Of a DNA stretch of 64,000 bases, positions 20,034 to 30,558 are shown in pieces. The position numbers were made by a program, and so were the translations under genes. Each line of letters opens with the position of its first letter. Positions within the stretch are counted from its first letter, which is position 1. This DNA is from Fibrobacteria bacterium (GTDB taxonomy: Bacteria; Fibrobacterota; Fibrobacteria; UBA11236): positions 1-64,000 of the forward strand of contig JBGTHM010000039.1 in NCBI GenBank assembly GCA_041746255.1. The letters run 5' to 3'. The notes beneath the pieces are model-generated. The model was not told the origin of the DNA. It was given only the letters and a program-made list of their open reading frames with translations, and ran no database searches.

Positions 20034-20307
20034 GCTAGAATCCCCTTTTCCTTCCGCTTCGAATCAGAAGTATCGAACGGATAATGTTTTAGGAACGATT
20101 GTTCAAGATTATAAACGATTTCCTTAAATATAGGTTCCGTCGGCTAAAATGGGGGCCGATTCCGGCTGAAAAAAATGCGGACCACTCCGATTTCAGAAAA
20201 CTATATTTTTACCCAGAGTTTGCGAAATCTAAGCTAAAAAAGCCATAAAACCTTTAAATATCGAGGGAATTATACCAAATATCAGGGACAGGATTATAAT
20301 TAGAACT

Positions 20308-22662
20308 ATGCGTCTTCCGCTCTGGTCCATTCCGTCCATAGTTTGTCTGATAATGGTGGGGTTTTCGGGAAGTATGGCCGACCCGTCTTTTTCGGCACGG
20401 TTTCTCCCATTGCGCTTCGAGCCCAAAGATACTTCGGCTCGAGAGGCAGTATTCAAACGCGCGGCGGAAAGGGGTGTACCGCTGGTCCGGTCCCGGTTCG
20501 GCAAAACTTCATTCTCCATTCCCTTCGCAGCCGCTTACCCCTCCCTGGGTGGTGTTACTGGATTCCATAGGGATTGGAGGCAAGGCCTAGCGGCTTCTCT
20601 CTCCAAGAAATTGGGTATTCCTCTGCAAGCCGCTACCTATGCTCATGCTCTTTACATGCCCAATGATGAACACTTCGAGGAGGCTCCCCAATGGAATCTC
20701 CATACCCGGGGAGAATCCTTGGCCGGAGAAGAGGACAAGGATGGATATGATGTCAATATTCTCCCGGTATGGGAGAAATTCTCCGGACATGATACCCTCA
20801 TCATCGCTATTCTGGATGCTGGGTTCCCTTTCCAACATCCGGAAATGGTAGGACGACACTGGGTCAACCAGGCGGAGGCCGAAGGGGTCCCGGGACTAGA
20901 CGACGACAAGAACGGCTTTATCGACGATATCCGGGGATGGGACTTCGTCGACGACGACGCCGACCCCCAGGATTACCATGGACATGGGACTTATGTCAGC
21001 TCGGTAATCGCGGCGGGCTTCGATAACGGCATCGGTTTGGCTGGATTGCTTCCCACAGTTAAAATCATGGCCGTGCGGGTACTCGATGCCGGTGGAAACG
21101 GCCTGCAATCGCAAATCGCCAAAGGCGTGGATTATGCCGTGAATAACGGAGCCCATGTCATCAATTTCAGTATCGGCGGTAGCAGTGACAATCGGGCCAT
21201 GCGACAGGCCTTCGAAAGAGCCGAACTTGCCGGGATACCGATTGTGGTGGCATCCGGTAATGACGGTATCAATGCGGAGGAGGTCGACACTTATCCCGTG
21301 AGTTATCAACTTGAAAATATGGTGGTGGTGGCTTCGCATGGTCCCGACGGTTTAATTTCCGGGTTTTCCAATTACGGCGCGGGTCAAGTCCATATCTCCG
21401 CTCCCGGAGAATCCATCATGACGTGCGCTCTTCCCCCTCGTAAATCGCTTTGGAAAGAAGATTTCGAAACCAATCTCGAAGCGTGGGACATTTCCGGGGG
21501 GTTGAAACTTAATGACGAAAATCCGCTCCAAGGCACGCAATCCCTGGTCTGGACCGCAGGCAGAAACGTCTCCTTGGTATCGAAGGATTACCTCTCTATG
21601 GAAGGGGAAGTGGGAGCGGTGCTTTCCCTCACACTGATATATAATCCGGCCAATCCGTATGACGCACTCATTATCGAGGGCGTTAAAGAAAACGGCGAAT
21701 CCCATGACATCGCCATCATTCCCATCGCCGTCAGTCCGGCCCGAAGGCTGACCTTCGCCTTGAACGAATTGGAACTGGAAAAATTCCGCCTTCGCTTTCG
21801 CATCGTCAACACCTACTTTTCCTCGTCGGTAAATCTTTCCGCCCGAAGTTTTAAAATCGATGCTATCGAAGTGGCTGTATTCAACTCTGAAGAGGAGGGT
21901 TTGGGGCGGTATGTTTCCATGAGCGGAACCTCCATGGCCGCGCCGCATGTGGCCGCATATTTAGGCCTGCTCCGGCTGGCAAGCGACCGCATGCAAGTTC
22001 CCATGACTCGCGAGCGCATTTTCACGGGCGCCCGTTCCGTGCCCCATTTGCAAGGAAAAGTATCGTCGGGGGGAAGATTGGATTTTGCCCGGGGACTGGA
22101 TTTTTACCTGGCCACCCTGCCCTCCCTGCGATTCGAAGATTCCATACCCGAATACTGGATACCGGGTGCAACCCTTACCAATCGAATCGGCCTCGAAGGC
22201 GTTGAGGGTGCTGAAGATTATTCGCTGGGAATGTTGCTCATGCCTCGCGGGGCGGTTTTCAATAGGGTTTCGGGAGAGGTGCGCTTTACTCCGGATTCGG
22301 CCGGTGAGTATGCCTTTCGGGTGAAAGCGGAGGGTCCCACTACCTTGCGAAAGGTTTTATGGATTCGCCTCGAAAACGACTGGGAGAATCCGGGCGTTAC
22401 GCCTTTGGCTTTAATAGGCAGGAACGATGTGGTCCTCCGTGTGGGTTCAGCCCGTTTCGCCTGGCCACCGACTGCCCTGGGTGCTGCCCCGCGGCGGCTT
22501 GTGGTGGAGGCATTGGAGGTCAATGGAACCCGCCATACCCTGCTTGATCGCATGATAACCCGAGAGAAGTCCCAAATGGCTCCCCTGAGCCTGGACCGGG
22601 TCTCGGGAAAGCTGCTGCTTCGGGCCTTTCTGGACGGCCAACCCCTGAAAATGCTGCCTTAG
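20308..22662 (+). CDS. S8 (subtilisin) family serine peptidase
   Basis: Triad motifs ILDAG, HGHGT, SGTSMAAPHVA, plus DDDKNGFIDDIRGWDF. A ~160-aa insertion lies before the catalytic Ser. Confidence 0.92.
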   Translation: MRLPLWSIPSIVCLIMVGFSGSMADPSFSARFLPLRFEPKDTSAREAVFKRAAERGVPLVRSRFGKTSFSIPFAAAYPSLGGVTGFHRDWRQGLAASLSKKLGIPLQAATYAHALYMPNDEHFEEAPQWNLHTRGESLAGEEDKDGYDVNILPVWEKFSGHDTLIIAILDAGFPFQHPEMVGRHWVNQAEAEGVPGLDDDKNGFIDDIRGWDFVDDDADPQDYHGHGTYVSSVIAAGFDNGIGLAGLLPTVKIMAVRVLDAGGNGLQSQIAKGVDYAVNNGAHVINFSIGGSSDNRAMRQAFERAELAGIPIVVASGNDGINAEEVDTYPVSYQLENMVVVASHGPDGLISGFSNYGAGQVHISAPGESIMTCALPPRKSLWKEDFETNLEAWDISGGLKLNDENPLQGTQSLVWTAGRNVSLVSKDYLSMEGEVGAVLSLTLIYNPANPYDALIIEGVKENGESHDIAIIPIAVSPARRLTFALNELELEKFRLRFRIVNTYFSSSVNLSARSFKIDAIEVAVFNSEEEGLGRYVSMSGTSMAAPHVAAYLGLLRLASDRMQVPMTRERIFTGARSVPHLQGKVSSGGRLDFARGLDFYLATLPSLRFEDSIPEYWIPGATLTNRIGLEGVEGAEDYSLGMLLMPRGAVFNRVSGEVRFTPDSAGEYAFRVKAEGPTTLRKVLWIRLENDWENPGVTPLALIGRNDVVLRVGSARFAWPPTALGAAPRRLVVEALEVNGTRHTLLDRMITREKSQMAPLSLDRVSGKLLLRAFLDGQPLKMLP

Positions 22663-22791
22663 CATCCCGAAATTGCTATAACGTTGCATCACAATCGATT
22701 TACAACCGCCACCCGCGATGGTAACTTTCACCAGGGGTGTTGACCCCGGAATTGGCCGTATGCCGCTCCGGAGTCGCTCTTCCTACTTTGC

Positions 22792-24072
22792 ATGCTAAGT
22801 AAAAAAGACGGCGAAATCATCCGGGTAATGGCCAGCGTATCGGTGGTTATCGCTCATTGTATCCATTATTGGGTCAAGGATTTCGCGCAAAGCCGCGAGG
22901 TATTCTCGTTGGGCTATCTGGCGTCCTTGGCCGACCAGCTGACGCGCTTTACCGTTCCCGCCTTTCTCTTTCTTTCCGGCTTCGGTCTGGCTCTACAGGT
23001 TCAGGCCCGCGGCCTGGATATAAAGCGTTATTACCGGACACGCATGTTCAAAATTGTCGCGCCGTTTCTCCTATGGTCCTCCATCACGTCTTTCCGGCAT
23101 GTCGATTATTTCAAGGCTCTGGATTGGCAGCATCAATTCGGATCCAGTCTGGGCGATGTCCTCTTTTTCGCCTTCGTCCGTGGATTCGATTATCAATACT
23201 ACTTCCTCATCGTTCTTTTCCAGTTCTACCTGGTATTCCCCTTTGTCTTTCGCCTGGCGGCTTCCCGCTTCTGGCTGTACGGCTTCGTATCGCTCCATCT
23301 GCTCTACATGACTCCGACGGAAGTATTACTTGAGGCGCTGGGCATCAGTCTTCCGCGGTTCCACTCCCATTTCATTATCACGCATTGGCTTTTTTGCTTC
23401 GTAGGAATGCATGCGGCCCTGAACAAAAATTTCTTCATGCCCAGCTTGAATCGCTGGAGCTTGAACGGAACCTTCGCTTTCTGGCTTTTCAGCTTCGCGC
23501 TGGTGGCGGGTGAATTCACCTCCAATATCCTGGGCGGCAAGTCGTTGGGTAATTCCGATCATTTCAACCGTTTGTCGGTAGTGCTTTTCTGCATGGCTTC
23601 CCTCATGTTTTTCATCAAGTTAAGGCCTACATTGGAGCGACGCTTCTACCCTCGTCCCATCGCCTCCTTTTTGGTGACCCATGTGGCGCCATTCACCTAT
23701 TTCGTCTATCTCGGCCATACGCATTTGCTCCGTTTCGCGGAAGCCTATTTGCCGCGCCAGGGGGCCTTGGATATGGGCCTACGCATTCTCTTCGTGGTTG
23801 GCGGCTCCTACCTTTCGGCCTGGGTGCTGCAAAGTTTATTGCGGAAAATTCCCGCCGTTCGCGTTTGGGTGGGACTGCCCAAGCGAGCCGAGGTGGATTG
23901 GAAAAATTTCGGCTCGCGACCGCCCTCCACGTATGCCTCGACCGGGAACTTGCCATACCCGGGGTTGGAGCCGAGGGTATCCCGAGAACCCATATCCACT
24001 CCCGATCCAGACCGGGATGATTTGGTACTGCGGGAAGGGGCGCGTATGACGATGCGCCTGGAAAACCCCTAA
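22792..24072 (+). CDS. Acyltransferase family 3 membrane protein
   Basis: IR..A...V...H, RFTVPAFLFLSGF, YYFL.V.FQFYL.FP, YFVYLGH. Confidence 0.88.
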   Translation: MLSKKDGEIIRVMASVSVVIAHCIHYWVKDFAQSREVFSLGYLASLADQLTRFTVPAFLFLSGFGLALQVQARGLDIKRYYRTRMFKIVAPFLLWSSITSFRHVDYFKALDWQHQFGSSLGDVLFFAFVRGFDYQYYFLIVLFQFYLVFPFVFRLAASRFWLYGFVSLHLLYMTPTEVLLEALGISLPRFHSHFIITHWLFCFVGMHAALNKNFFMPSLNRWSLNGTFAFWLFSFALVAGEFTSNILGGKSLGNSDHFNRLSVVLFCMASLMFFIKLRPTLERRFYPRPIASFLVTHVAPFTYFVYLGHTHLLRFAEAYLPRQGALDMGLRILFVVGGSYLSAWVLQSLLRKIPAVRVWVGLPKRAEVDWKNFGSRPPSTYASTGNLPYPGLEPRVSREPISTPDPDRDDLVLREGARMTMRLENP

Positions 24073-24231
24073 CGTCGAATCTAGCCATTTTTCTTGGTGG
24101 TATAGCCTTCCTCCCACGGGTCTGGAGCGCCATTTCCTGGTATTTTATTCTTCATAACGACACTATCGAAATCCGCGGATCGTCGAGGCGAACCATTCGA
24201 TAGGCTAGGTGAAATTTCCAAGGAGAAAAAT

Positions 24232-25551
24232 ATGCAAGAGGCCATGGTTATGCCCGAAATTAACGGACTCAAGGCCGTCCATCTCAGCGATGAACAAAAA
24301 GAACTGTTGAAAAGAACCATTTGCAAAGGCGTCACCGAAGACGAATGCCAGCTTTTCCTTTATCAATGCGAACGGACGCGCCTCGATCCGTTTTCCCGTC
24401 AGATCCACGCGGTCAAGCGCTGGGATAGGCGGGAGGGTAGGGAGGTCATGTCCATTCAGACCAGCATCGATGGGCTTCGTCTCATTGCCGAAAGAACGGG
24501 AAAATACGAAGGCCAGACCTCGGTACTTTGGTGCGGTGAGGACGGGGTATGGAAGGACGTGTGGCTTTCGAAGGAGGCTCCGGCGGCGGCCAAGGTGGGC
24601 GTGCATAAACACGGTTTCCGCGAACCGACGTGGGGGACGGCCCTTTGGAGCGAGTACGCTCAAACCTATCCGGAGCGCGGGGGTAATCCCGCCAAACTCA
24701 CGCCCTTCTGGCAGCGCATGGGCGCCTTGATGCTCGGGAAATGCGCCGAGTCGTTGGCGTTGCGTAAAGCCTTTCCGCAGGAGTTATCGGGACTCTACTC
24801 ACAGGAGGAAATGGCGCAGGCGCATAAACCGCTGGAATCCGAGCCGATAATCGGCCGGGAGGAGCTGGAAAAGGAGCGTCGGCAATGCAAGGTTTTGCGA
24901 GCCGATATGAACCGCAGCTTCCAAGGCTGTTCCCGGGTCGAAGCCTTGAAGAACGAAGCGGCCCGTTATGCGCGCCTGTTCGGAAGGGAGATTTGGTCCC
25001 GACCCACCGGCCACGATGAATACGAAACCTTCGGCGATCTGGCGAAGGTCCATATGGAAAGGGTTGAAGGCGAGGAGCACCGGCTCTCACCCGAGGGTTT
25101 GGCGGAATGGAGGGTTTCCTTGGGAAAATGCGAAACCCCCGAAGGCTTTGCGCTATTCGTCGATGCTTACCGGAAAACTCCCTATCTGCAGATAAGCGAG
25201 AACGAAGAGGCCTTGCATGAAAAGGCTCAGGAATTTGGAATGGAGCATTATACCGATGTGGACGAAAGGCCGGTCGGCCCGGCTCACTCCGCGCGACACT
25301 TGGTTCCACCCCAAGAAATCCAAAGTTTAGAAACGCAGCTCCTGGAAGTAACCGAGGTGATTCCGCGAAGCGGAAAAAAGCAAGGCGAGATCCGGGGCTT
25401 TGTTGCGAGAACTGCGGACGGAGAGTTCCACGTCACGGAAATGGAAAGCTTTGAGGCTTTGGCAAGGGCAAAGGGCAGTCGCGTAGCACTCGATTTTTAC
25501 CAGAATACCGCTGGACTGCTGACGGTAGTTGACTTCAAAGTGATTTCCTAA
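24232..25551 (+). CDS. bet: Phage-type single-strand annealing protein Bet (RecT family) with C-terminal extension
   Basis: [67 protein letters not shown]. Confidence 0.9.
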   Translation: MQEAMVMPEINGLKAVHLSDEQKELLKRTICKGVTEDECQLFLYQCERTRLDPFSRQIHAVKRWDRREGREVMSIQTSIDGLRLIAERTGKYEGQTSVLWCGEDGVWKDVWLSKEAPAAAKVGVHKHGFREPTWGTALWSEYAQTYPERGGNPAKLTPFWQRMGALMLGKCAESLALRKAFPQELSGLYSQEEMAQAHKPLESEPIIGREELEKERRQCKVLRADMNRSFQGCSRVEALKNEAARYARLFGREIWSRPTGHDEYETFGDLAKVHMERVEGEEHRLSPEGLAEWRVSLGKCETPEGFALFVDAYRKTPYLQISENEEALHEKAQEFGMEHYTDVDERPVGPAHSARHLVPPQEIQSLETQLLEVTEVIPRSGKKQGEIRGFVARTADGEFHVTEMESFEALARAKGSRVALDFYQNTAGLLTVVDFKVIS

Positions 25552-25561
25552 GGGAGGGCTC

Positions 25562-25582
25562 TTTTTATCGTGACGATAAAAA
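25562..25582. terminator. Hairpin after bet, possible terminator
   Basis: TTTTTATCG-TGA-CGATAAAAA perfect 9-bp inverted repeat, 10 nt after the stop. Confidence 0.4.
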
Positions 25583-25747
25583 CCCGCTAAAACCAATAAA
25601 TCATATTAAAACAGAAGTGACTCCCAAATGGATGGGAATCACCCGTAGTCACCCCATTGACTTGGCGCTACCAATCCCGATATGATAATCAAACGTAGAG
25701 TTATCGTTGGAGAGGTAAACCCATAAGTTCAACTGAGGCGGTGACCC

Positions 25748-27598
25748 ATGAGAAAGCAGATTCCCCAAACCCTGCCGTTGCTCTGCATCCTATTGTTCGG
25801 GTGCATATTGGATAATAGAACAACATCCCCGGACCAGGAAACGGGTTCTGTGCAGATTCTCCTGAAGTTGGAGAAGATCGGCACCATACACAAGCTTTCG
25901 GCAAATACTGCGATGGCGGCAATTGAAATGGATACTCTCCATCTCATTCTGCACGCTCCGGGCGAAGACACGCTTCGCAACGCGATTCCGCTGGCCGGAA
26001 ACGGGATGCACACGGTTTCTAAAACCTATTCCGATTTGCCCTCCCTGAAGACCTGGACTTTGGCTGCCGTGGCGAGGGACCAGCGTGGCGCGACGGTGTA
26101 CAGCGGCTCCGTCGATTTCATCGTACCGGTAAAAAAAATGATTGATGTATCCCTTAATTTAAGTCCCCGATATTCCATGCTCAAGGGCCGATTTTTTCCC
26201 ATCCGAGATAGTGTAACGCGTGTTGAACTTCGGGTGGACGGGGACTTGGTCGCCGATTCCGTATTTCCAAAGCAGTCGTTGCTGGGTGACACGGTGGTCC
26301 TACGTTATGATTATCTCTCCGCCTCTCCAGTGGGAGAAGCGCATTCCATAGGGATGGCCGTTTTTGGCGATATGTGGGGAATCGATACCCTGCTCTACAG
26401 CGGTGATACCACCTTCACGGTTTTTTCAGGCAAGGATACGGCCTTTGCTCTCAAGCTTTATTGGGTCGGACCCGGAACGCCACCGCCGGGTATGGCGGAT
26501 ATCAGCGTATCATTGGGGGCGCTCGGCGCAGTCACCCTGGACGGCTTGCTCGAGGATACGGTTGTGGCCTCATGGAAAATTTTGGGAATGGCGGGTTTTA
26601 CCCCGGACGGAGCCGAATATACTTCGCTTACGGTATCCAGCACCGGAGTGCCCTATCTGGCGTTCATGGACAAGGCGAACGGTTTTAGAACCACCGTGAT
26701 GCGATGGAGCGGCAGCGCCTGGGACCTTGTGGGCGCCCCGGGCTTTTCGGCGGGAGTGTCTCTGTATACCTCATTGGCGCTTTCCAACGAGGATGTACCC
26801 TATGTCGCGTTTCGTGATGGAGGTAACGGTTCCAAAGCAACTGTGATGCGATTTAACGGGAGCGCCTGGGAAACCGTGGGAACACCGGGATTCTCCGCGG
26901 GGGTGTCTAATTTTACTTCGCTGGCCCTTTCCGGCACCGGAGTGCCTTATGTCGCATTTCGTGATGGAGGGAACGGAGGCAAAGCTACCGTAATGCGTTT
27001 TAACGGAGGCGGCTGGGAATACCTGGGAACACCCGGCTTTTCTGTGGGTGGAGCCAACACGCCCTCGTTGGCGCTTTCTGAAAACGATTTACCCTTTGTG
27101 GCCTTTCGGGACGATGCCAATCTCGGCAAGGCGACTGTGATGCGCTGGACCGGTAGCACATGGGAAATCATGGGAACGCCCGGATTCTCCGCAGGGGATA
27201 TTTGGAACACGTCGTTGTCCTTGTCTGGCGCCGGAATACCTTACGTGGCGTTTCAGGACGGGGGAAATGGTTGGGGACCCACCGTGATGAAGTGGAACGG
27301 TAATGCATGGGAAAATGTAGGCGCTCCGGGGTTGTCCACGGGAGAGGCTTCTTGGACCTCCCTGGAGGTATCCGCCTCGGGAGTACCTTATGTGGCTTTC
27401 TCCGACGATGGAATCGAAGGTAAGACCAGAGTGATGAAATGGAGCGGCAGTATCTGGGAAAACGTCGGCAGTCCGGGTATTTCCGCGGGCGCGACCACTT
27501 ATACTACGCTGGCGCTATCCAACACCGGCATACCCTATGTAGCCTATATGGACCGGGCGAATCAGAACCGGGCGACGGTTATGGGATATTACCCGTAA
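25748..27598 (+). CDS. Lipoprotein with C-terminal seven-fold 49-aa repeat (probable beta-propeller)
   Basis: Lipobox LFGC. Seven W..vG.pGfS.G....tSLals..g.PYVAF.D..n...TVM.w.G repeats. Confidence 0.85.
   Translation: MRKQIPQTLPLLCILLFGCILDNRTTSPDQETGSVQILLKLEKIGTIHKLSANTAMAAIEMDTLHLILHAPGEDTLRNAIPLAGNGMHTVSKTYSDLPSLKTWTLAAVARDQRGATVYSGSVDFIVPVKKMIDVSLNLSPRYSMLKGRFFPIRDSVTRVELRVDGDLVADSVFPKQSLLGDTVVLRYDYLSASPVGEAHSIGMAVFGDMWGIDTLLYSGDTTFTVFSGKDTAFALKLYWVGPGTPPPGMADISVSLGALGAVTLDGLLEDTVVASWKILGMAGFTPDGAEYTSLTVSSTGVPYLAFMDKANGFRTTVMRWSGSAWDLVGAPGFSAGVSLYTSLALSNEDVPYVAFRDGGNGSKATVMRFNGSAWETVGTPGFSAGVSNFTSLALSGTGVPYVAFRDGGNGGKATVMRFNGGGWEYLGTPGFSVGGANTPSLALSENDLPFVAFRDDANLGKATVMRWTGSTWEIMGTPGFSAGDIWNTSLSLSGAGIPYVAFQDGGNGWGPTVMKWNGNAWENVGAPGLSTGEASWTSLEVSASGVPYVAFSDDGIEGKTRVMKWSGSIWENVGSPGISAGATTYTTLALSNTGIPYVAYMDRANQNRATVMGYYP
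26573..27598 (+). repeat. Seven 147-bp coding tandem repeats
   Basis: Trp codons at 26573, 26720 and onward with 147-nt period. Near-identical DNA in units 2 and 3 (tatgtcgcRtttcgtgatggagg). Confidence 0.9.
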
Positions 27599-27611
27599 AA
27601 TCTTAATCTGA

Positions 27612-27701
27612 TGGCGGAAGAGGTGGGATTTGAACCCACGGTACGGTTGCCCGTACATCGGTTTTCGAGACCGACGCCTTAAACCACTCGGCCACCCTTC
27701 C
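27612..27701 (-). tRNA. tRNA-Ser (anticodon CGA)
   Basis: Reverse complement GGAAGGGTGGCCGAGTGGTTTAAGGCG-TCGGT-CTCGAAA-ACCGA-long variable arm-GTGGGTTCAAATCCCAC-CTCTTCCGCCA. Confidence 0.97.
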
Positions 27702-27878
27702 GGGCGGATAAGTTAATAAATAATCCGTTCGGTTTGCTCAAGCTTAAGGATGGCGGACACCGAAATATCGGCAGAGCATGGATTACCGAAGCCGTCTTTA
27801 AAGCGCCGTTCTTGGTGCGATCCCCATGCCTTCAATGGGCCAAATACGGCTTCACCGCTCCTTTTCGAATAGCTAACT

Positions 27879-29996
27879 TTGGCATTCATGCTTGATGCAA
27901 CCCCTTCCGAATTGTCTTCCGGCACCCCTTATCCCCTGGGCGCCACCGCTACCGAAGTCGGCGTGAATTTCGCCGTTTATTCCCGTTCCGCCGAATCCAT
28001 AGACCTGGTTCTTTTTGACTCTCACGATGGAGAACCCACCCAGACTTTTCCCTTGGCCTACCGGACCGGTTTTATTTTCCACCTGCATGTTCGTGGTTTA
28101 AAACCGGGACAACTCTACGGTCTCCAAGCGCACGGTCCCTATCAACCCGAAAAAGGGTTGCGGTTCAATCCCCACAAATTGCTGCTTGACCCCTATGCGA
28201 AAGCCTTGGTGGGCCGCTTTTCCAATGCGGAGGGGTTACTCCTGGGCTACCGTCCCGGAGGTCCCGATGCCGACCTGACCCTGGATACCCGTCCCAGTCA
28301 TTTCGCCATGCCCAAGTGCCTGGTGCATGACCGCCCTTTCGATTGGCAGGGAGTCACCCGTCCCCGCCTACGCCCCTCCGATCTGGTGGTTTACGAAGTG
28401 CATCTCAAGGGATTCACCCGCGACTCCTCTTCCGGCGTTAGTAATCCCGGCACCTACCTGGGCTTTATCGAAAAAATTCCGTATCTCACCTCCCTGGGTA
28501 TCAATGCCGTCGAGTTTCTTCCCCTGCAGGCCTTTTATTCCGAGGACTTTCTCGCGAACCGGGGACTTCGCAATTACTGGGGCTATAACACCATTGGTTT
28601 TTTCGCTCCCCATGCCGAGTATGGCAGCGGCTCCTATCCCGGCTGCGAGGTGGAGGAATGCAAAACCCTGGTACGCGAATTACACCGTGCGGGAATCGCC
28701 GTCATTCTGGACGTGGTGTATAACCATACCGCGGAGGGTAACGAATTCGGGCCCACTTTGAGCTTCCGTGGGCTCGACAACCCAGGCTATTATACCCTGC
28801 GCGAAATCGGAGATCATTCCTGGCGCGGGTATATGAATTATACCGGCACCGGTAATACCGTTAACTTCGGACATAAGGTCTCGCAGCGTCTTTGTCTCGA
28901 TTCCTTGCGATATTGGGCCGATCAAATGCAGGTCGATGGGTTTCGTTTCGACTTGGCTACGGTGCATGGACGAAGCCACCGCGTCGATTTCAGCAGGAAG
29001 TCGGCATTCTTCACAGCCGTGGCGCAAGACCCGGTGTTGGCCGAGCGCATTCTCATTGCCGAGCCTTGGGACATGGAAGCCTATGCGGTGGGTGGTTTTC
29101 CCGAGGAATGGAATGAGTGGAATGGCAAGTTCCGTGATTCTGCGCGTCGATTTTGGAAAGACGGCAACCTCCCCGTCCTGGAGTGGCAGCAGCGGTTTAC
29201 CGGCTCCCCCGATCTCTTTTCCATGGAACAGGGCCGGGCCCCGCACAACAGCGTCAATTTTACCACTTGTCACGACGGTTTCACCTTGAACGATCTGCTC
29301 TCCTATGCGTCGAAGCGGAACTTAGCCAATGGCGAGGAAAACCGCGATGGTAACGACGACAACATATCCTTGAATTGCGGGCATGAAGGTCCCAGCGAAG
29401 ACGCCGCTGTAAATGCCCTGCGTTGGCGCCTTGCCAAGAATCATTTTTGCACAGTCCTGTTCAGCCACGGGATTCCCATGCTGCTCGGGGGGGACGAAAT
29501 GCTGCGCACCCAGGGAGGCAATAACAACGCTTATTGCCAGGATAACTCCATCAGCTGGTTTGATTGGAGCCTGGCCGAGAGTAACTTGGCAATGACGTCG
29601 TTCGTCCGAAACCTGATCAAGATACGGAACAGGTTCCCGGTTTTCACCCATTCTTTTCCATGGACGGATGTCGGGGAAGGGTTCCTGCGTTGGACCTTGC
29701 CCGAAGCCGCTCCCGAGGCTCCCTTCAAGATAGCCGCCCAGGGCTGCCTGTTGGGGCCTCATCCGTCCCTTACCCTCGATGCCGGTCTTATCCTGCTTTT
29801 CAATGCATCCGAAATTGAAGCCTCTTTCAGACTGCCCGGCGCCGACGACGGCAAGGTTTGGATCCGGTGGGTGGATACTTCATTGGAACGGGGAGATGAT
29901 TTTCCCCAGCCGACGCCCATAACCACCACCGGTGGTTTGTTTCCCGTGGCGGGTCGGAGCTTTTCCTTTTGCGTAACCGGAGGTCGATATGCTTGA
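27879..29996 (+). CDS. glgX: Glycogen debranching enzyme / isoamylase (GH13)
   Basis: PLGAT, NYWGYN, DVVYNHTAEG, DGFRFDLA, IAEPWD, CHDGFTLND, NNAYCQDN. Start may be ATG 27888. Confidence 0.95.
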   Translation: MAFMLDATPSELSSGTPYPLGATATEVGVNFAVYSRSAESIDLVLFDSHDGEPTQTFPLAYRTGFIFHLHVRGLKPGQLYGLQAHGPYQPEKGLRFNPHKLLLDPYAKALVGRFSNAEGLLLGYRPGGPDADLTLDTRPSHFAMPKCLVHDRPFDWQGVTRPRLRPSDLVVYEVHLKGFTRDSSSGVSNPGTYLGFIEKIPYLTSLGINAVEFLPLQAFYSEDFLANRGLRNYWGYNTIGFFAPHAEYGSGSYPGCEVEECKTLVRELHRAGIAVILDVVYNHTAEGNEFGPTLSFRGLDNPGYYTLREIGDHSWRGYMNYTGTGNTVNFGHKVSQRLCLDSLRYWADQMQVDGFRFDLATVHGRSHRVDFSRKSAFFTAVAQDPVLAERILIAEPWDMEAYAVGGFPEEWNEWNGKFRDSARRFWKDGNLPVLEWQQRFTGSPDLFSMEQGRAPHNSVNFTTCHDGFTLNDLLSYASKRNLANGEENRDGNDDNISLNCGHEGPSEDAAVNALRWRLAKNHFCTVLFSHGIPMLLGGDEMLRTQGGNNNAYCQDNSISWFDWSLAESNLAMTSFVRNLIKIRNRFPVFTHSFPWTDVGEGFLRWTLPEAAPEAPFKIAAQGCLLGPHPSLTLDAGLILLFNASEIEASFRLPGADDGKVWIRWVDTSLERGDDFPQPTPITTTGGLFPVAGRSFSFCVTGGRYA

Positions 29997-30471
29997 AATG
30001 GAATTGCGACTGCAAGAAGTCTTCGACCATGAAATCCCCTTGAGTCGGGCATTGGGAATCCGTATTCTGGAGGCGAAGCCGCCTCGATTGGTATTGCAGG
30101 CTCCGCTTGCGCCCAATCTCAATCATAAACGCACCGCCTTCGCGGGAAGCCTTAACGCGGTGGCTACGCTGGCGGGTTGGGGGGTCGTGTATACCGCTTT
30201 GTACCAGGCGGGTTTTAAAGCGCAGGTCATTATTCAAGAAAGCGCAATTTCATATATCAAGCCCGTGCAGACGGATTTTCAGGCTATATGCGAATACCCT
30301 CCTGAACCTGTTTTCGTGGAAGCGATGGAACTTTTCGGCCGTAAGGGTAAGTCCCGTTTGAGTCTGGATGTCCCCATCTACGCTGCGGGTGTATTTCCGT
30401 CTACTCCGGAAGGAAACGATACGGGGCCATTAGTCGTATTTTCAGGGATTTATGTAATTCTGCAGAACTGA
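29989..30471 (+). CDS. YiiD C-terminal-type hotdog thioesterase
   Basis: IPLS..LGI, APLAPNLNH..TAFAGSL, TLAGWG, I.Y.KPV. Confidence 0.85.
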   Translation: MLEMELRLQEVFDHEIPLSRALGIRILEAKPPRLVLQAPLAPNLNHKRTAFAGSLNAVATLAGWGVVYTALYQAGFKAQVIIQESAISYIKPVQTDFQAICEYPPEPVFVEAMELFGRKGKSRLSLDVPIYAAGVFPSTPEGNDTGPLVVFSGIYVILQN

Positions 30472-30508
30472 AAACCCGAAATCCTTCTCAACTTCAAGCA
30501 CCCCCTTT

Positions 30509-30558
30509 CCATTCATCTTCTTATATGACGTTTCGTCCTGCTCCCAGGTCGTTTCGTC
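30509..30558 (+). promoter_or_regulatory. Putative LytTR-regulator direct-repeat operator
   Basis: CGTTTCGTC at 30529 and 30550 (9 bp + 12-bp spacer), weaker CCATTCATC at 30509. Resembles the AlgR core CCGTTCGTC. TAGATT -10-like hexamer at 30591. Confidence 0.6.

Noticed and set aside
24163..24203. CTATCGAA…TTCGATAG inverted repeat upstream of bet as an SOS box or riboswitch
   Set aside because: Only 8 bp, with no match to LexA boxes or riboswitch consensus that I can support.
26573..27598. Regular repeats as a CRISPR array
   Set aside because: In-frame 147-bp degenerate coding repeats with no spacers, and no cas genes.
24073..27701. Prophage or genomic island integrated at tRNA-Ser (bet lies on its 3' side)
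   Set aside because: No integrase or other phage genes, and no duplicated tRNA 3' end found by eye.
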